This document shows, in pieces, positions 59,813 to 64,000 of a stretch of 64,000 nucleotides of DNA. The stretch's first letter is position 1. Each line of letters opens with the position of its first letter. The position numbers and the translations under genes were made by a program. This DNA is from an uncultured bacterium (GTDB taxonomy: Bacteria > Oederibacteriota > PGYV01 > CAWJRG01), in contig CAWJRG010000005.1 of the NCBI GenBank assembly GCA_963845185.1, positions 96,001-160,000 on the forward strand, given 5' to 3'. A model generated the notes under the pieces. That model searched no databases and was not told the DNA's origin. It saw only the letters and a list, made by a program, of their open reading frames with translations.

Positions 59813-61225
59813 TTAAAAATTGAAAGTTATGGTTGATTTTAAGAACGGAGTAGGCACTCCCGCGAGCTCTATTTCCGTGTTTATATACCTGCCCATAGGT
59901 ATGTCAATGCCGGTGGATAACAGAGGCACGGGTATCCACTGGTGGCTTTCCTTGACGCCCGTAGGCTGCGTAGCATCTTTCATTATTGCCTGTTCCTCAG
60001 CGAGTATTACGCCGAATCCGAGCTGGAACTTTTCAAAATTAAATCCCAGCCTGACCGAATCAAGCATTCTCAAATACGCCTGGTAATCAGGGTACCTGAA
60101 TGTCATGGAGAAACCGTCGAAATAATGTATGTAATTGATATCGAGAGCCATTCCCGGCCTCCACGCGAAACTGAACCTGATGAATGAAGGCAGTTTCATT
60201 GTAAGCTGGCCGGATGTGTCAATGCTGTTCAGCTGGGTGGCGGTAAAATCCGCGAGGTTAATGGTTTTCGGCAGCCAGTGCCCCTGCGCGTCAATGGAGC
60301 CGTTATATTTTAACTCGGGTTCTATGGCTACATCGCCTCCGAGCTCGAGCAGCCCGTTTAAAAAATGATAAGCTGTCCCGAGCCGCAGTCCCCATGCCTC
60401 GGTATAAAGGTTTGCGGCAGCCTGCTGCGCGAGGGTGTTATGGCTGTCCGTGTTGAATTCCTGCGTAACACCGCAGATAGTGCCCATGGCGTCTATCTGC
60501 GCGTTGCCGTTGCCCTGCACTGTGGACTCAAAGTGCTCTACGACTGCTCCTACGCCCCATTCAGGCGTCACGCGCCTGCCCAGGCCTACGGATGTGACTA
60601 TGGTCCTTATGTCAAGGTTTAAAAGTGCGTTGACCTGCGCCCTCATGCTCATGTCGTAAAGCGGGTTCTGGTTATTGACTGCAACCAGGGCCTCTACCCC
60701 GCTTAAAAGCATGTTGAGCTCAAAGTCAAATTTTTCTTCCCTTGATACTGCTATGGAAATATTGCTCTTTGCAAACGGGTGCACCAGCTCAAAATCCATA
60801 ATACCCGATGCCTGTCCCGCGCTTTGATATTCCAGATTGGAATCCTGCTGTATTCCGCCGGGCGCAAGGTTGTTTTTCAACGCGCTGTTTTCCGCCTTGC
60901 TCACTGCGTCGTTAATCTGGTTGCCGTACGCGGTGGAAATAGGCAAAGCAGCCGGTATCAGGGACATTGACGCGTAAGGTGTGTCCTGGTACGCAAGGCA
61001 GGACGGGTTGTAAGAGGAAAAACTCGGATGGAAATCAAGCGTGGACATTGCCCCTGCCATGCGCAGCGCGTCGCCGCGCGAGCCGTAAAATGAATCAGTG
61101 TAAAACGAAAATTTCAGGTTTAAATATCCCCCGTAAAATTCCTGCAATAAAGTGCTGTTATCTGAAAAAACAAGGGAAGTTGAGAAAATCGATAAGATTA
61201 TGGACAGACAAAGTATTTTTTTCAT
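59813..61225 (-). CDS. Putative outer-membrane beta-barrel protein (FadL/PorV-like)
   Basis: Signal peptide; ALRMAGA...YNPSCLA; alternating strands; C-terminal ITFNF beta-signal. Confidence 0.6.
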   Translation of the reverse strand: MKKILCLSIILSIFSTSLVFSDNSTLLQEFYGGYLNLKFSFYTDSFYGSRGDALRMAGAMSTLDFHPSFSSYNPSCLAYQDTPYASMSLIPAALPISTAYGNQINDAVSKAENSALKNNLAPGGIQQDSNLEYQSAGQASGIMDFELVHPFAKSNISIAVSREEKFDFELNMLLSGVEALVAVNNQNPLYDMSMRAQVNALLNLDIRTIVTSVGLGRRVTPEWGVGAVVEHFESTVQGNGNAQIDAMGTICGVTQEFNTDSHNTLAQQAAANLYTEAWGLRLGTAYHFLNGLLELGGDVAIEPELKYNGSIDAQGHWLPKTINLADFTATQLNSIDTSGQLTMKLPSFIRFSFAWRPGMALDINYIHYFDGFSMTFRYPDYQAYLRMLDSVRLGFNFEKFQLGFGVILAEEQAIMKDATQPTGVKESHQWIPVPLLSTGIDIPMGRYINTEIELAGVPTPFLKSTITFNF

Positions 61226-61432
61226 AATACCTCCAAAAAATATTTTGTTTTTAACACTCTATGATAAATTATACCTTATATTTCTTTAATGTCAACGGGG
61301 ATTTATTGCCTTAGAACCGCCATATATAAATAGAAAAGGCTGTTTTCCCATGTCCTTTAAGTGCATCCACCCATTGGGTGAAAAGGAAAAACAGCCTTAA
61401 AAACAAACACGAATATATATTTCGCAAAAAAA

Positions 61433-61465
61433 TAAAAAAACCCCCAAACGAAGTTGAGGGTTTTT
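61433..61465 (-). terminator. Intrinsic terminator
   Basis: AAAAACCCTCAA...TTGGGGGTTTTTTT on minus strand. Confidence 0.65.
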
Positions 61466-61480
61466 ATTTATATTATATGT

Positions 61481-62140
61481 TTACTTAAACCATATATCGT
61501 CTACATAAAAATCACCCTTGCCGACAGCTCCATCTATCTGGAACCCGACTGTTGCTATGCCCGACGCGTCAAGCTGGTTGTTTCCGTTCTGGTTTCCCGA
61601 ATAAATATCCTTTGCGAAATCTTCCAGATCTATTACGTATTCAGCCCACTTGCCTGCACCTGTGAGGCTGTACGACCTCCAGTGCTCGCCGTCAGCGCCA
61701 TTTGCCGAAGCCTCGGCAAGCATCATTATGAACCCAGTGCCTTCCGGGCAGTTAACCCATGCGCTTACTGAGCTCCTGCCTGACGCGTCTATGTAGCCTC
61801 CGCCGTAAGGAGTGGATGATGCAAAACCGCAGCCCCAGTCAGAGTTTGTGCCTGAGTCGTATATTGCTTTTGCGCAGTATTTCCCGCTGTGCGGGTTTTG
61901 GTCTGTTATAATATATTTTACAGAAGCACCGCCTGCGGTATTGGCAAAACCGTAACCGCCTATGATAGCGCCTGTCTCAAAGTCGTCAAAAAGTATGGGC
62001 GGTTTTTTAGCCATTGGCTTTTTTTCCTCTATTTTTCCGCCTGTGAGCTTCGGATTCTTGAAAGTAATCAAACCCGCGCACGACATGAGCAAAAATATCG
62101 CGCCTAACGACAGAACAAACAAAACTATTGATTTTTTCAT
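61481..62140 (-). CDS. Lipoprotein with CBM11/CIA30-like carbohydrate-binding domain
   Basis: LMSC lipobox; LFDDFE; W.EYVIDLEDF; FYVDDIWF. Confidence 0.65.
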   Translation of the reverse strand: MKKSIVLFVLSLGAIFLLMSCAGLITFKNPKLTGGKIEEKKPMAKKPPILFDDFETGAIIGGYGFANTAGGASVKYIITDQNPHSGKYCAKAIYDSGTNSDWGCGFASSTPYGGGYIDASGRSSVSAWVNCPEGTGFIMMLAEASANGADGEHWRSYSLTGAGKWAEYVIDLEDFAKDIYSGNQNGNNQLDASGIATVGFQIDGAVGKGDFYVDDIWFK

Positions 62141-62257
62141 CTTTCTTCCTCCTGTGTTAATAATTTTCAATTCTCAATTACCAATTTTCAACAAAAACAC
62201 AACTTCTTTCCTTATTTTCAACATTTAACTTTCAACAATATCTAAATTATAAGTCCT

Positions 62258-62298
62258 TTAAAGAGAGGCCGTTACCGGCCCCTCTTTAACAAAAAAAA
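62258..62298 (-). terminator. Intrinsic terminator
   Basis: TTAAAGAGAGGCCG...CGGCCCCTCTTTAA. Confidence 0.65.
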
Positions 62299-62304
62299 GG
62301 TCAA

Positions 62305-63222
62305 TTACTTATACAAAATTATCTCATCAACCCATAAATCTACGTTAAATGGATAGGTACGGCCTATTGTCTGCCATTGTAACTGTTTCACATCGTATAT
62401 CCCGTGCTTTGGTACATCTGTACTGGGACCAAGCAATGCAATGTAATTACCCCATGCGCCCTGAGTCCCGAAATCCGTGAAAGGTATTGTATATTGCGTC
62501 CATGTTGAATTCGGAGGAAAGATGTTTGAAACCCATGGGTCATTGTATGCTGTGGTCGACGCACATGACGAGGCTGCTGCTGCGTCTGTGCATATGTTTC
62601 CGCTAACCGCATTTGACAGGCTGGCTACTCCGTCTCCGGTATTCGGTATTATCACGCTATACCCTTCCTGGCTGTCGGTAGGCCCGGTTTTTGCGTAAAA
62701 TTGAATACCTGTATATGGGGACCAATCCATTCCCTGGCATATTGACCCTGCCAAGGAACTTGTCTGGCAGGCCATGCCGATAAACCCGTAAGTATATCCA
62801 CCTTGAGCCGCGCCATTCACTGTACCTGTTATGCGCGCCGCATATCCGCAACCACCCGCGCCGGGATAGGACATCATAAATGGCCCTCCTCCCATTGAGC
62901 CTGCTACAGGCCATACAGTCGAGTTTCCAGCTCCATTTGGGGCTGGTGGAGTACCGGCAGCGCAGTCACAAATTGTGAACCAGTAACCGCCAAGCGCGTC
63001 CGAGTTGCTTCCTTGGTCGCAGTTATCTATCAGCAACCAAGTTCCAGGAACCGGCGTCTTTGCTGGGCTGCATGCTACAGGCCCTGTAGGAGTTGTTGGC
63101 GTTGCCGTAGAACCCGATTGTACCGGGTTTTGCGTCTTTTTGCAGGTGCAACCATTGACAACCAACGCTGCCAATGAAAATAATGCAAGAAGAATTATTA
63201 AATATTTTTTCATCTTATTCAC
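62305..63222 (-). CDS. Cys-rich lipoprotein with CBM11/CIA30-like domain
   Basis: VNGC lipobox; TATPTTP linker; LIDN.D...GGYWF; YTGIQFYAK; WTQYTIPFTDF; LWVDEI. Confidence 0.65.
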   Translation of the reverse strand: MNKMKKYLIILLALFSLAALVVNGCTCKKTQNPVQSGSTATPTTPTGPVACSPAKTPVPGTWLLIDNCDQGSNSDALGGYWFTICDCAAGTPPAPNGAGNSTVWPVAGSMGGGPFMMSYPGAGGCGYAARITGTVNGAAQGGYTYGFIGMACQTSSLAGSICQGMDWSPYTGIQFYAKTGPTDSQEGYSVIIPNTGDGVASLSNAVSGNICTDAAAASSCASTTAYNDPWVSNIFPPNSTWTQYTIPFTDFGTQGAWGNYIALLGPSTDVPKHGIYDVKQLQWQTIGRTYPFNVDLWVDEIILYK

Positions 63223-63274
63223 CTCCTTTCTCTAATAATTTAAAATTTCATATTTTCCAAGTCAAATACTGTAT

Positions 63275-64000
63275 TTACTTGCAAACTGCTTTCTTTACGG
63301 CTGCCTTGCCCCATCCTGCAGGGTTCTGCCAGCCGTCCTTATCGCCCGACCATGTCATCTGTATTTCCCTGTCTTTTGTCTTGCCTGAGCCGTTATCGTC
63401 AAATCCAATGTCAAAGCCTATTTCTTTTCCCTCGGACATGTCCCATCCGCTGAAGGCTGAAACCGGTATTGCGGCCTCCAGTATGTAACCGCCTGATTTC
63501 GGCTTAACCATGATCTTCGCTTCTATTGATTGATTCAGGTTAAAACAGTATGCTTCGGGTTTTGTCTTTGTCTTGCCTCCTGATACAAGGCCGGTGCTAA
63601 CGCCTATCTGGTAATCGGTCTCGAGATAGCTCTGCCTGTCCGGGTCGCTGTTGTTAAAACCGAGGAATACCTCTATATTGTCGCCGTTGTAAATATCCTT
63701 GCCTGTTTTATAGTTTTTGAGCGGCGAAGGCGTTTTTACGTCTGCAAGAACATACAGGTTTTTGTCGTCATAACCTATGTACATCTGCGCAGTCTGTTTT
63801 TTCCATTTTTCCTTGCCCACTGCCACCTGGTTGACGGTGTTAAGTTCTATCGGCTTAATTCCGCAGGCTTTCCATGCCGCCGTGTTGCAGTCCAGTGGCA
63901 TGGCTTTTGAAAGCAGCCATATCGTTGTCTCTGGTTTTTCGCCTTTTCCTGCTGCAAAAACAAAAATTGCCATAAATACAAGTAAAGTCGCTACTGCAAT
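63275..64000 (-). CDS. CBM9-like sugar-binding protein (start lies beyond the window end)
   Basis: YDDKNLYV.ADV; GDNIEVF; GYILEAAIP; IGFDIGFDD; frame open to 64000 with a hydrophobic signal-like stretch. Confidence 0.75.
   Translation of the reverse strand: MAVATLLVFMAIFVFAAGKGEKPETTIWLLSKAMPLDCNTAAWKACGIKPIELNTVNQVAVGKEKWKKQTAQMYIGYDDKNLYVLADVKTPSPLKNYKTGKDIYNGDNIEVFLGFNNSDPDRQSYLETDYQIGVSTGLVSGGKTKTKPEAYCFNLNQSIEAKIMVKPKSGGYILEAAIPVSAFSGWDMSEGKEIGFDIGFDDNGSGKTKDREIQMTWSGDKDGWQNPAGWGKAAVKKAVCK

Overview
A 64-kb chromosomal segment of a diderm bacterium: it carries a secretin, beta-barrel proteins and lipoproteins. The gene style resembles Ca. Goldbacteria/Firestonebacteria-like lineages, but that is inference only. 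Nearly all genes are on the minus strand. In order: (1) a giant Thr/Pro-rich surface protein missed by the ORF track, then an apparent operon of a PQQ beta-propeller lipoprotein, HAMP plus degenerate class III cyclase, J-domain/TPR protein, lid-less Hsp70, MshEN-PilB with degenerate catalytic motifs, a secreted FlgD-Ig/CTD protein and a DUF2723 GT-C glycosyltransferase; (2) PilZ, oppBC-type and sugar ABC genes, rlmN, mnmG, yjbQ, tRNA-Leu and tRNA-fMet; (3) ftsB-like, roadblock proteins, aroB/aroK/aroC and a type IV pilus cluster (pilT, pilC, two tandem pilins, pilD with no canonical start codon, pilMNOPQ); (4) PilZ, tRNA-Glu-rtcB, glgA, sugar catabolic genes, CBM-like lipoproteins, an AAA ATPase, iorB-paaK-ACT-iorA; (5) a PorV-like barrel/CTD-cargo/barrel module and further CBM-like proteins. 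Three frameshifts and one tRNA anomaly are all +1 A/T in short runs and may be sequencing errors. REP-like palindromes and heptamer repeats occupy intergenic gaps. No CRISPR array, rRNA or transposase was seen. All family assignments come from motif recognition, not database searches.
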